This document shows, piece by piece, positions 1 to 33,877 of a DNA stretch of 64,000 bases. Numbering within the stretch: position 1 is the first letter of the stretch; every line of letters begins with the position of its first letter. The notes below the pieces were generated by a model that was given only the letters and a program-made list of their open reading frames with translations, was not told the origin of the DNA and did no database searches. Source of the DNA: Amoebidium appalachense. Its lineage: Eukaryota; Protista; Ichthyosporea. Made by a program: the position numbers and the translations under genes. Where the stretch lies: the NCBI GenBank assembly GCA_963693365.1, contig CAVNZM010000013.1, positions 441,259-505,258 on the forward strand. Reading direction: 5' to 3'.

Positions 1-176
1 CCCAAAAAAAAAAAAAAAACGAAAAGAAAAAAACGAAACCCCCCCCCCCCCCCCCTAATGATGAGCTCTGCTATTGATTCAACTTCTTTGTGTACTGTTC
101 ACTTTTACAAAATCTAATTCCTACTCTGTAACAATCCCCCCCCCCAACCCCCCTCCCCCCTCCCCCCTTCCCCCAG

Positions 177-7441
<7,265 letters not shown>

Positions 7442-8321
7442 TCAGTTGCTGCCCCCCCCCCAGGTTCTTAAGCTCCCCCCTCCCCCCACCCCCACCCGCC
7501 TCCTCCCCGGGGTTCCCTTTCCAGCTGATTGTAATTATGCAAGGAGACCCCACTAGGCTACCATACAATGTGAACAAAACTCAGAAAAATGTGTAGATAC
7601 GCACGCGCGCACGTGTGTGTGTGGTGTGTGTGTGCGCGTGCGCGTTTCTCTCTCTCTCACTGTCTCTCTCTGTGCGTGTGCGTGTGCGCGTGTGTGTGTG
7701 TGTGTGTGGGCGCGCGCGTGCATGTGTATGGTTGGGGGGGGGGGGGGGGGGGGGGGGGGGACACGCAGTGGACACGTGTGTATGCGTCTGTGTGCGTGCG
7801 TGTTATGTGTTGGGTCACCGGGGAGAGGAGGGGAGGGGGGAGGGGGGAGGGGGGCTTGCCATTGCATGATACCACATTAGCACTTAGGTGCATGTGAGCG
7901 ATGTACACAAATCTGGACACGTAAAAAGGTTTTACGTACGATACACAAACTTCACACCCTGTCAATGGCCTTGTACATATTCTTGTATAATATTACGTTG
8001 TATCTGTGAAACTGTACATCACTTTCTCGTTAGTTACGACAGCGAGTTTCCTCGGGTGTATAATTATCTAAGTCATTATCTTATTTGTATCCGAGTTTTT
8101 TTTTATAGACTCATTGATCCCCCCCCCCCCCCCTTCCCCTCGAGCTCCCTTTTTTTCCCCTCATGCCGCTCCCTATTTTCCCGGGGGGAGGGGAGGAGGG
8201 GGAACTTCAAGGAAGAAGTGGAGAAGAAGAAGAAACAGCAATAGCATCCATGCATATACACATGCACAAGCGCACACACACTAACGAATCGCACACACAC
8301 ACACACCCCAAATACCCTCAA

Positions 8322-8403
<82 letters not shown>

Positions 8404-8423
8404 ATGTGTGTGCGCGCGCCCCA

Positions 8424-11185
8424 TCATTCATTTTTCACCGTTCTTTTACCCACCGGCCTCCATCCCATAGCCATCAAAAAACTCATAAACCTATCCGGTA
8501 AGAAAGGACCCATAAGAGCACCCAAAACGTACGCCCACCCCACATACACATGCCCCTCCCCAGAAAACATAGCGTCCAAACCAACACATGCAACATCCCT
8601 TGCATTCAACTGCATTCCGGGGACCTTAAAGATCAGGCTATCTTCGCAATGTGCCGCAGAGGCAAAACCAGTTAAAGTAGCGCCCGGGGAGAGAACGGTA
8701 ACTGTTACCCCTTTTGGGCGTATTTCGTAGTCTAGGGCAAGTGAGTAGCTGGTGAGGTAGGACTTGCAGGCGGCGTAGATGGCGTTGTATGGGTTTGGGC
8801 AGCAGTCCAACACACTGCTTACCTGTATAAAGTTAAAATAAATAAAACGTTAGGGGTTAATTAATAGTCATAATGAATGCTGTCTCTTGATTTTGCAGAG
8901 GAATTTTAAAAAGTGGGAATCTCTCTCTCTTCTCTCTCTGCATCTCTTAAAATCCCCCCCCCCCCTCCCCCCTCTCCCACACACTTCCTTCCTCTCCCCC
9001 CACCCCCCCCCCCCCCCCTCACCCCCTCCCTCCCTGCCCCCTTCGATCCCCTCTACTTTGCCCCCTTTCCCTCCCTTCGCCTAATTGACCTTTGCCTAAA
9101 TGACAATCATACCACTCCTAATATCCCTTCCACCTGTGCTTTCCCTTGCACGTTCTATTTTCATCCAGTGCCCCCCGTAACACACCCACCCACCCACCCA
9201 CCCACCCACCCACCCACCCACACCCCCACACACACACACACGTGCGCGAGCGCATGCGTGCCCACCCACCCACCCACCCACCAAAACACAAACCCAAACA
9301 CCAAACTCTTCCCCCCTTCACTCGTCAGTCCAGCCTTCCCTTCCAATCCCCCTTCATTTTCGACCCGCCACCCTCGGCCTCCGTTGTCCCCTTTACCACC
9401 CCTTCCCCCCCCCCCCCCCCCCTCCAAACACAAAGACATATCCATCCCCCCCCCCCCCCCCCCCCACCCCAAACTTTCACACACACATACCTGCAGTATT
9501 ATCCCCTCGCCCTTTGCCACCATATCAGCAGCAAACAACCTTGTTAGTGTCGTAGTAGCATTCACCATCAACCCAAGCATTCCCTCGATAACATCCGGAG
9601 GGGTGGATAGGTGCGCCGCCAAATTTGCGTAACCGGCGTTGTTAACCAGGATGGAAACGGGGAGGTTTTGGTTGGAAATTTCGGCATGGAGTTCGTGCGC
9701 AGAGGTGGATGTGCTTAGGTCTTTGGCGATGCAGACAACCTGTATGTGTTCACGTGTGTGTGTGCGTGTGTGTATGTGTGTGTATGTGTTTGTGTGTGTG
9801 TGTGTGTGTGTGCTTTTTTTGCCGTGCACGCATGGACATGTCTCGTGTACGCGCATGCGACTTTTTGACGGTGTACATGTACGTCTGTGTATACGGGTGT
9901 GTGTGCGTGACTGTGTTTTGACGAAAACAAGGGGAGAAGGTTAGATGTTTGTTGGGCACTTGGGGTGTGTGTGCTTGCAGGTGCCCGCACATCAATTTGT
10001 GAACCTGCACATATAAGCGCACATGTACAGCAGCCAGCCCCCCCCCCCCCCCCCCCCCACCAAAAAAAAAAAAAGGCACGATAAACACACCGTGTGAATA
10101 CAAACACAAGCACGCACCCACCCACCCACCCACCCACATACATACATATTACCCCCCCCCCCCCCCCCCCCCCCAAACCCCCCCCTCACTCCGCCGACAC
10201 ACACACACACACACACACACACACGTATACACGTGCCACACCCATCCCCCCTACGTACGTGCACCCATTTACACCCACACAAAACAAAGACATACTTGCA
10301 TACACACTGTAACTGATAGCAGCCGGAGAATCCAACACATTTGGCCAACACATTTCGCGTCCTCCCCTTTCCCCTCCCCCTCCTCCCCCGGGCCAACCCA
10401 CCCCCCACCCTCGAACCCCTCTTTCCCTTCCAGTACACACACACACACACAACACACAAAAATCTTCACTTGCACCTATTCACCCATTCATCACCCACTC
10501 ATTCCGAAAACGCACCACAACATAAATAGGGGTGCACAAAAGCGCGAGCCCCCAGTATCTAGCTCCAGAGGAAAATACAAGCACAAGTGCAAAGATAAGG
10601 AACAAGAGATGGAAAACGAAACAGATGAAGATTCAAGATAAACGGGGCGGGGGGGGGGGGGGGGGGACACAAGTGAAGACAATCAACCTCTTCCAATAAA
10701 CGAAGGAAGAGGATGATGGAGAGGAAGTTGAGAAAGACAATCTGAATTGTGAACTTTATGGAATGAAAGCGGAGCAGAGCGACTTTGGAAAAAAAAAATC
10801 ATCAAAAAAGCACGTACACGAGCACAAACAAGCAGAACACACCTTGACGCCGTGCCTCTCTCCCTCCTTCGCAAGCTCCTTCAAGAGCTCCAACCTACGT
10901 GCCACAACCACCAAACTGTACCCCTTCTCAGCTAACATGAGCGCGATTTCACGCCCGATCCCTGATGATGCACCGGTCACAACGGCATATTTTTTCCCTT
11001 TTTCTGGTCCTACCAGGGGATGAACTTTGCACTTTTGGGTAAGGTAGCGTGCGTGAAGCGAGGTCAACAGGTAGCAGAGGAAAAATGGCATAGACGGTAC
11101 CGCGGAGGACGAAATTCATGTCGAGGTAGGTGAGTAGCAAAAGACATAGAGCCCAGAGAGAGAGCTCGGATTGTAGGAGCTGCAT
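8424..11185 (-). CDS. Short-chain dehydrogenase/reductase with hydrophobic N-terminus. Exons about 11185-10843, 9739-9491, 8822-8424
   Basis: TGASSGIG Rossmann motif, LVNNAG, catalytic YAACK and VLSPGAT, joined by phase-0 GT-AG introns. The start is either ATG 11185 with a 1-nt slip in the run at about 11081-11085, or ATG 11091. Confidence 0.92.
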
Positions 11186-11245
11186 GGTGGCGGTGGTGGT
11201 CGTGGTGGTGTGTGTGTGCGCGTGTGTGTGCAGGGGCGGCGGCGG

Positions 11246-11285
<40 letters not shown>

Positions 11286-12889
11286 GGGGGATGTTGGGGG
11301 GAGAAGAAGCGGAATGAGGGAATGAACTGATAAGGAGACAACAGAAAAGGTTGCGTGTTATAGAATAATTGTTAATGGATGCATGCAGCCTTGAGGCAGA
11401 TTTTGGTTGAGGACACCGGCAGATCCCTACGGCCAAGTCCTCAAAAACAAGTAGGATGCAAGATCTCTCACAGTCGGAAGAGTAGAAGAGTAGATTCAGA
11501 GAAGCAAGGGCCTTGTGTGTTACTGTGTCACGGTAATCAAATGTCAGATGCTTTATATCCCTTGAAATACTGCCTACATATATAAATAGCATACAAAAAG
11601 ACCTAACATTACTTGTAAAAAGACACCCCAAGAAATTCGGAACTGCCTATATTTAACGGTGCGTTGAGCTTTTTGGGCTGGCGCCGGATGTGGAGTTTTT
11701 TTCCCCCCGGATTGTGCTCACGCACCATTTGTTGGTATTACGTAACTGGCACATGGGGGACTATTTGCAGACTGGTGAAGTGCGTAGGTTAAATAACTTT
11801 TATAATTTTTGTTATACAAACAAAATGCATACAAAAGTTTGTTAAAATTTTTTTAAATAGTCCTTCATATTACTAGAACAGCTGAAATCATGCGGTGATA
11901 TTGCATCTATGAGTTCAACGGAAATCTTCATTCTTGCGCAATCAAGGTTTTTATTTAAATCTTTAAACTAACAAAGCATAATGATTCGTTGTAAACCATG
12001 CAGTGCAAAAGACGTTTCGTGTCATCCGTCATTGGTCCGTGATCCCACCTGACACCGGCCGGCGCGCGAACTTCCGCCCACACACAAACGGAGGAGACTG
12101 TTTTATGTTTTTTTTTTCTTTTCAAACGTACACACCCTCTTGTTTCACGAAATAGCGTTGGGGTAATAGTGTTTGTTTTAGAGAAAGTATTAAAGCGGCC
12201 AGAACCGCATAGGCAGGTCCCTGAAGCTAATGCCAGAGCAGGTAAAAACCAACAAAGGTTGATCTTTTCATGTTTTGTGATGACGTTATTAGTTCTTAGT
12301 CCCACGTGCAGGACGTGTGTCGGTGTTTAAAACAGATCCAGTCAGAACATTTACCGCTTAATCTGCTGAGTTTTTAACAGGCTTTGTCAAATATTCCCTT
12401 CTTTTCTTTCACTTTTCTTCTCCCTCTCTCTGTTTTTCTTTTCCTTTGTTCCTCTCGCTACCTTTCCGGCCGAAGAAACACCAGACGTGCTCTTTATCTT
12501 CCTTTTGGGAACAGGAGAGAGATCAATATACGATCGTTGTAGGTTTTCATTCGCTAAAGTATATTACTGTTCAGACATTGGTTCTGTACATCATTTCCCC
12601 CTTTTCTTTGAAATTTGTGTTAGGCATAAACCCTACGGTTTCCTTTCCAGCTAGCTGTATTTCTTGTCCCTTTCTATTCCGTTTACTTCCGAGAAAAATT
12701 CTAGCTGGGTGTGCTTCCGAGCTTGTGTTAAAAACCGTTTTCTATAAAACCCCACGTTATTACCCTCCACTGTCTTTCCTCTCCCACATGTTCCCCGTTA
12801 CCCCTCCCTGTCTTCTAACTCTCGTCTTCTCCTTCCGCCCTTTTCCTTCTCTCCTTTTTTTCTTTCCCCTCGTAGCAGGTCTGCATACC

Positions 12890-25663
<12,774 letters not shown>

Positions 25664-26763
25664 GCTGCATCAACTTTGCCCCCAAATGCGGAGTTAGTAA
25701 GGAGTTTTTTTTGTGAGGGGGGGTTTATTTGTTTGTTTATTTCTCTTTACTGCCATTTGATGTCTTGTGTTTTGTCTTTGTTGGCTCCTACTGCATTTCC
25801 TGCTTCCGTCGGGATGGTTTATTTGTCTGGGAACGCTATCACATACATCATGATTCTACATACTGTTATTTCCTTGGAGTTCTTTTGTCCTTTTCTTGTT
25901 TTACATTATCCTTCTGCCCTTTTATTATCATTATCATTATTATCATTATTATTGTTATTATTATTATTATTTGGGGGGGGGGGGGGATATCTAGGTTGTC
26001 GTTTGCAACAGTTTTAGTTTGTTTCTCGTTTTGTAATTGTGTTTGAAAGTTCATGCTATGTGCACCAGATGTATTGAATATATATGCTCTCAAGAGTTTT
26101 TTGTGGGAACAGATTCACTGGATATAAATAGTGTTTTTCATTTGTATGAGTTTGCTGTGTATACCCTGAGAGGTGGATTTAGTATCGAGTTTTGTTCTGT
26201 TTCACATTCTCGTTTTTTCACGGGCGCACGGTGTTTTTTGTATGTTCTGTTTAGTGTTGAAGTATATAGTAACGAACTTTCAATATTTCATTGGTTTTAC
26301 TTTGTTCCCACATGCATACACAAGCACGCATGCACACGCACACACACACACACACAAAAACACAAACACCTGTTAGGATGTCAATGACAAAAGCATACAT
26401 ACGAAAGCCACACACATGCACACAACACTAAAAACTTGCACACAACACTAAAAAATTACACTTATAGTAAAATTTTCCAACGCTTTGTGTGGTTTCATTT
26501 TGCAAACACTTCACGAAACAAACAAAACAGAATCATTTTTCCAAAAAAAAAAAGATGAATCCTCGTCACCAGCTAAACAGACCGGTTCTGTTTTTTTCAC
26601 CCCTGCCATTAGATTTGGTAGCTAAAGCTAACTCTGCTTGCAAGCTTTGAAGAAGAAAGAAAACGAATATCAAACATGTGATATTCCTTTGCTCCCCCAT
26701 AATTGTGTTGGCTGGATTCTGTGGTGTCTCTCCTCTCCCCTTCCCCCCTCTACCCCTGAGCCC

Positions 26764-26811
<48 letters not shown>

Positions 26812-27409
26812 AACACACTACAACACACACACACACACACGTACACACACACACGTACACACAAACACACACAGGCACACACACCCCAGCCCAGCACTAA
26901 GTTTTACGCCCATATTTGCAACCGAACCGCTGGTTGCTCAATACATTCGCCTCCCCCCCCTCCCCCCCCCCCCCCCCACACACACACCACCGGTACCTCC
27001 ACCACCACCATATGCAACCCTGTTGCGTTGCTGGCACACATGTGCACGTGTACACACACAACACCCACATGTTTACACACATTCCCCTCCCCCCCACCAG
27101 CAAAAGAAAGGGTGCCTCGTTCGATTAATCCCGCCTCGGGCTCTCTCTCTCTCCTTTGGTTATATTATCGGCCTCTACACGAGATCCGTGTAAGATATTC
27201 AGCAGCGGCCCCTTGTAACTATCCCCGATAACTTCATTGGAGGCAAGCAAAAGCACACACGCCGGCAGTATAATCTCCCGGTTTGCACAAACACTAATAA
27301 TAGGTGTTCTATAGATCTAAGAACGCATTAATAAGTAATTACCTTTAGAAGGAACAACCCCGAGGGGGGCAAACGAAGGGTTGTTCCTTCCTTGTCGGCA
27401 CAGGGGGGG

Positions 27410-27640
27410 GGGGGGGGGGGGTTTTGAATGCGTCAAAAAGTACGAAGTACACAAGAACAAACGGATAACACGATGCAGAATGCAAGCCATACATAAAGAG
27501 TATGCATAATAAGCAGAGCCCATCCTCAGGGGGGGCCCACGTCATCCACAGTACCCGAGTTTCGACCTATTCCCCTCGTTAACGAAACCCAACTCAGATA
27601 CTGTTTCACTTGAACATGAGTAGGTCACCCGTCTTGGGGG
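27410..27640 (-). repeat. Dispersed repeat family member. Other copies on + at about 4549-4665, 5510-5740, 24249-24392 and 25348-25385
   Basis: Shared core GAGGATGGGCTCTGCTTATTATGCATACTC...GTACTTCGTAC...GCATTCAAAACCCC. 5557-5690 aligns inverted with 27470-27602. Confidence 0.8.
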
Positions 27641-28188
27641 CTTGGTTCGAGATCGTACTCCTCGCAAAACCTTTAATATATTGAGTGCCAACAGGCATAC
27701 ATTTCTTTAATTCAGGCTGGCGGGTATAAGCAGCACCCACCATATATATCCATTCGCATGCTTCTACACAACATGTATGTACACCGGAAAAGGAAAGAAA
27801 TATCACGACACAGTCACGCATGTGCGCTGCCTGTGCGTGAATACACAAGGCGCAGTAATACCACCTCTCAGATATATATTGTTTGTTTTCACGCATGTTT
27901 TGTGTGTGTGTGTCTGTGTGCGTGTGTGTGCGTGTAGAGGAGGGAGATGGGTAAGGGGTAGGAAACAATTGCCATACGCATATGTTTGAGCTCTCAGAAT
28001 GCAATAACAAAGAAATCGATGTAAAGGGAGTGTGAAAACTTCGACACGAAGAAATTGTCTGAAGATATGCCAGTTGACGAGATAGTCGGTGGATATATCC
28101 CGCAAAACCAACATCCTCAGAAACAAAAACTTCGACACCTAGTGAGATAATCGGAGGATATATCCCGCAGAAAAAAAGATTTTTTCTC

Positions 28189-30779
28189 TTACAACAGCTC
28201 CTTGAGCATCTGCTCGTGTTCCTCCTTAATGGCATCGTACCTGGAAAGACGGAAAAAACGTGTTAGAAACAGCAAGTTAGGAAAGATGAAAAACGTGTCG
28301 GGAAGAGGCGCGGGGGAGGGGGGGGGGGGGGGGGGGGGGGTGCTCGTTACATTTCCCTTTCCTGTGCTAGGATGTGTTGAAATGCTTTGTAAACACCCTC
28401 ACCGCTAATCGAATCACCCATATATGAATACAATCCAAACCTAACACTCACAAAATATTACACACACACACACACAGTTTGGAGGTAGATATTGGCGCGC
28501 TAACCGAGACAGCAGGAGCACGTACACAATGCCACTGTGTCTGTAATTGACGTGCCAGCTTCCTGTTGCAAACAATCAGCCCGGAGACCACGGAAAACTG
28601 TCACCGGGATAGTTTTGTTTGCGTCTCCAAGGCCCATCTCTACGCAACTAATGTGCAAGCATACATCAAAATGACAAAACACCTACTAGCACACACGGTG
28701 AGGGGTGACAAACAAGGAACAAAGAAAAACAGAGAAACGGGCACGGAAGAGAGCAAATGCAAGAGCAAGAACATTTAGGTGTGCGGCTGCCCATACATAC
28801 GTGCATGTGTGTGCGCGTGTGTGTGCGTTTGTGTGGAATTTGAGGGGAAGGGGGGAAGGGGGGGGGGGGGGGGGGGGGGGGGGGCAATCAAGCCAGGCAG
28901 AAAAACCAACAGCTTTCAGCACGCTTGGGGACACAGGAGGTGACTGGCACAACCCCCCGTGTTTGTAAAGGTGTTTTTTTGCTATTGCAAACTTAAAATA
29001 ACTCCCGAAACACCACGGGAAGTGTGCTCGAAAGACGACGTTTGCAGCCAAACTAAATGTCCTCCTCTCCCTCCCACCCCAATTGCTTGCATACACACAG
29101 TCAATACACAAATCCTAGCGGTCCCAGAGGGAGGCCGAGAGAGAGGACGGCAAGAAAGTGAGTGTGTTGTGAGTGTGTGTGTGTGTTTTTTTTTGTGTTT
29201 GTGGGGGGGGGGGGGGGGGGGGGGAACAATCGAGGTACGGAGTGGCGGACGGAGAGGAAAGGAAAGGTGGCGGAGAGGGGATTGTGGGAAGGGGGAAAGG
29301 GGGGGGGAGGGGCAGCAAAAGGGGCGCACATACTTCTTCTTCTCCTCCTGCACCTTCTCCTCCAGATCCTCATTTGCGCGCGTCAAATCGCGAATCTTTC
29401 TCTCAAACAGCTCCTTCTCCAACCCCCACGCCTCCGCCTCCTTCTTCAGTTTCTTGATCGTCTCCTCCATCTCCTCCATCTTGTCGAGATCTTTGCTGGC
29501 AGCGCCCCCGCGGAGTTTCCTCTCTGCCTCCTCAGCGCGGCCCTCAAACTCCTTTGCCTTGGCGCTGGACTGCTCTGCGCGCTCTTCTGCTTTCTCAAGG
29601 TCGCTCTGTGGAAAGAACAAGGGAGAGATGGATGAAGGTGTGTGTGTGTAGGCGGGGGGGAGGGGGGGGGGGGAAGGGGATTTGCTTGGGTGTGCCATGT
29701 CGTTATTTGGGTGGGAGGGAGGGAAGGGGGGGTGGGGGGGGGGGGGAAAGGACATTTTGGTCAAAAGTGAATCTCAGCACACAGATCGACATCGTCCCGT
29801 CCGAAAAGTCGAAGCAACAGCCACATGCTCGCTAAAACCCAAAACCAGGGCCTTAGGTTGAGAACAGCGGCCGTGTGACAGGTTACCCCACGTTCTTCGA
29901 CAACAAACACAACCCCACAGGCCGAGAAAGCCGTACACTCCCTCCCTCTCCTCCGCTAACGCCGCTGCTCGGACCTCTTGTGCCACAGCATTCTAATCTT
30001 TATAACCCTTTAATTCACCTCTCTCCCTTCCCCTCCCTCTCTGTCTCCATATCTCCCCCCAACCTCCCCTTCTGGTCGTCCGACCCTGGAATACCCACAT
30101 CACTCATCCTACAGCCCATCCCAACAAGAAGAAAACCGCATAACCAAACATAGATGAGGCAGTAAGTCCTCCCCAGGTTAGACTGAGCAACTTGGTTGGG
30201 ACCAGAGGATAGGCGCAAAGACTAAGGTAAGAGGCCGGATCAACCAGAGCAAATAAAAAGAAAAAGAAGGAAGTTGAGTGAAAAGCCAAAGACCAGAAAA
30301 CGGAGAGTTCGGTGTCCGTGTTCCTGTATGCTTTGCTTTCGTTGTCCATGAAGAAGAGCACAAATACTGGCTACCAAGGAGAAGCCAGATAGGGCAGAAC
30401 AAGGGCAAATGGTTCCCAGAGTTCATGGGGATCTTGGCACCATTCATACGCAACCCCTCCGGGAACAGCCAGAAGCAAGCCTGTACCTGTGTGGCCGTGT
30501 GGTGCTGGTGTGTAATCAGGTATATTTTGCGCGCCCGTGCAGAATCCATTTCCTTCGGGTTTTTTTTGCGTGCGTGCGTGTGTGTGTGCATTTGCGACGA
30601 CAAGTTTTTTCCCTCACCTCAAGAAGCTTGACCTTGTTTTCAAGCGACTGAATGGTGGCCTCCGCCTTGTCAGCGCGGTCCTTTGCGTCTTTCAGCGTGG
30701 CCTCAGCCTGCTCAGCCCGCTCGGTAGCCTGAGCGGCTTCCGTTTTTAGAGCCTCCATCTTCTTCTTAATCGCCTCCAT
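28189..30779 (-). CDS. TPM: Tropomyosin, 161 aa. Exons 30779-30618, 29605-29334, 28240-28189
   Basis: N-terminus MEAIKKKMEALK, continuous E/K/A-rich heptads, C-terminus KYDAIKEEHEQMLKELL*. Exon lengths 162+272+52 = 486 nt give an uninterrupted frame. Confidence 0.92.
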
Positions 30780-30919
30780 TTTTGCAAATGTTGTATGGCG
30801 GCAGTGAACGAAAAGCTACCCTAAGAGACTCAAAATTTTCAAATGTGAAAAATAAAGGGAGGGAAGGTGTGGGCAGCTTTTTATATCCGGGCGAGGCGGC
30901 GATTTTTGAATTTTTGGAA

Positions 30920-31030
30920 CCTTTCGATTGGTCAAAACCACCACGTGAGGAACTTTTTGATTGGTTGTTTCAAAATGACCTGCCATATATGATAAGCGGT
31001 CACCTGGTACGTCCATAGGTGAGCCAATCA
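30920..31030 (-). promoter_or_regulatory. Cluster of CCAAT boxes upstream of tropomyosin
   Basis: GATTGG at about 30926 and 30959 and CCAATC at about 31024, 150-250 bp upstream of the ATG. Confidence 0.4.
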
Positions 31031-31259
31031 TATGAGGGGTTTTTTCAAAATGAGTCCCACGGACAGGCACACTGCCGCATACATGTTTCCGTTAACACAC
31101 GACCTTACGATCGCGAGCTTAGGGTTCCATGGGACATCTGCTGCACCGAAAGATCAACCCCAAATTAAAATGGGGTTCAACTTGTTGTAACATAATTGTG
31201 TGCTTGTGTGCGTATGTTGTTGTGTGTGTTTGTGCTTTAGAAAATGATAGGCAAGTACT

Positions 31260-32223
31260 TCACAGATCTACGTCCAACTGCATTTGTCCAATTGCAGATT
31301 TGCAGGCATTATGCAGCAGTACACCTGATTTCTTATTTCTTAGGTGCATGTGACCCTCACTGGTGCAAGCGCCGCAGCGGCTGTGCTGGAAAATGCAGAA
31401 GGCGCACACACCTCCGGATCCACTGGGAATCAAGGGCTCCCTGGCCCAGGGACGTCGACGTAAAGCTACCGTACATACGAAGAGATGTGAGTCACATGAC
31501 CCCGGCCCGTGCTTCATCGAATACAATTTTTCAGTAAATGTACAACAGTGAAGGTACAACAGCACTTCCCAACGCGCCTACACTCATGCAGTGACTTTCC
31601 TTCGTTTTATCCACAAATTTCACCACAATTAGAAGAACAGTAAGAAAAGGCAAATCGGACCCCCCCCCCCCCCTCAAACACACCCTCGTGGCTCCTTTCG
31701 TCATTTCTAGGGCTTGAAAACATCAAACATACTACGAAGTTCTCAAAGGTACTCTCAGAAAGGGGGGGGGGGGGGGGGGGGGGGGGGACTCACTTTTATA
31801 CTGAACCTAGCGCAGCAGCTTTCCTACCTGTACCGTTTATCAGCTCACACGAGAATTGAGGTTTGCGGTACAGGCACAGGCACAGACACGCCTTTCACCG
31901 ATCTCTGGTACCTAACCTGAAATAGAGAACACACCAAATTGTCCGCGAGGTAGAGGTTTACCAGTATGCGTGCGTTTGATGACCAGCCGGTGTTGTATGC
32001 GAAAGTACTTAGGGGGTTGATGTCGATGGCGGTGATGGTGACAATGGCAATGGTTCCGACGGAGGTGATGATGCGGATGTTGCTGTAAAATTCGGCAACC
32101 TGTGGGGGCATGTACAAGTGTTTGTGTGTGTGTGTGGTTGGGTGGGTTGGTGGGTGGGTGGATGTGTGAGTGAGTGTGGATTTATGTGTGTGTATGTGTG
32201 TGTGTGTGCGTGTGTGTGTGCCA

Positions 32224-32286
<63 letters not shown>

Positions 32287-32715
32287 TGTGTGTGTGTGTG
32301 TGTGTTCGGCATAGAGGGGTACGTGTATGTATTTGTGTGTAAATGTGTGTGTGTGTGTGTGTGTGTGTGTGCTCGGCTTTTGTGTGTGTGTGTGTGTGTG
32401 TTTTGTTTTCCTTCTTCCTTTTCTTCTTCTTTTCTTTTTTTTGGGGGGGGGGAGGGGGGAGGGGGAGGGGGGGGGGGGTCCAAGGGGAGCCCCGGCACGG
32501 TGTGTACGGTGTGGTGTGTGTGTGTGTAAAGCACGTAGGTCCGGCCCACTTAGTAACTGCTGGGTGCAATCTTTTTGGTGTGTCTTATTTTTTAGGAGTG
32601 ATGGTTTGTGTGGGTGAGGGTCTGGGTGAGGGTCAATCCGTGAGTGTGGATATGCCAAAATGGGTGCATTTATTAGTGTGTGTGCGTGTGCGTGTGTGTG
32701 TGTTTGTGTGTGTGT

Positions 32716-32747
<32 letters not shown>

Positions 32748-33035
32748 ATTAACCTTGAGGTGTGTGTGGCGGCCCTTGTACGTGTGGTATGCGAGGCTCG
32801 TGCCGCACGCCAGTACCACAAAGACCATCCCGGAAGTACTTAGCGCCGTATGGTGCAAGTTCATTCCATAAGCCGCCCACCACCAAATGTACGAAGACAA
32901 GCACCCCGGGCCCGCCGCGACGACAAACGTCAACGGCAAGGCCTTGAAATATTCCATAATTTCCTCTCGTTGCGGCCTGTTTTGGAAATTTAACAAAATC
33001 ATGCGCTGGCGCAGTATCACAGCGACCAAAAACAT
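31260..33035 (-). pseudogene. Multi-pass membrane protein gene fragment (exons about 33035-32754, 32099-31917, possibly 31577 onward), cut at its 5' side by a LINE
   Basis: Two phase-0 spliced exons encode several hydrophobic segments (LPLTFVVAAGPG..., GMVFVVLACG, IITSVGTIAIVTITAI). The upstream exon runs directly into RT sequence of the opposite strand at about 33035. The last exon is uncertain. Confidence 0.5.
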
Positions 33036-33742
33036 GTTTGACGTTTTCATTGACGATTTAGCCTGCGCCCTCGAACCCTTTGGCCAACTGCATACCCGCC
33101 GTGTACCGGGTCTCCTTTTTGCGGACGATATTGTTCTTTGTTCCTTAACCGAAGATGTCATGCACCAGATGCTTCGTCAGGTGGATCAATCGGTGCACCG
33201 AGACTCTCATGACAGTCGGAATTGCAAGGTGTGCTACTTTTTCGAAGAACACTTCCTTTCGATTGGCCCGCCTCCCTATTCCTGTTCAGAGACCTATGAC
33301 TATATATACTGACCGCCTCAACCATATTGCCAAATATGGCACTCGCAAGTGTATAACACCTAAATACATATTACCTTCCTGTAGAACTGGTCTTTCTCTA
33401 GCTGATGGTATTATTGATCAATTACCACGCTTTTACTGTACACGTGCTATACAGTGGAGATCTAATAAGTATAAGGTGGCATCATTTGCATGCCCAAACA
33501 ACACACACACACACCAGTTTAACCGGTCATGTATCGCCAAATGTAGTTTGATAGACCACATAATACCGCAACACACACACGTCACATTCACAACAGACAC
33601 CCAGAAAGATAGCCTACCTGTAAATTACAACATCCTTGATTTTATACTAAACACGCGTAACTACGACCTGTTTATTAGATGTATTGATTGGCTTGAGAAA
33701 CACATCACTACAAAATTATAGCGCACGCGCACACACACACAC

Positions 33743-33803
<61 letters not shown>

Positions 33804-33835
33804 CCAGCTGATACCGAGTGTCCCGAGGGGAGCCC

Positions 33836-33877
<42 letters not shown>

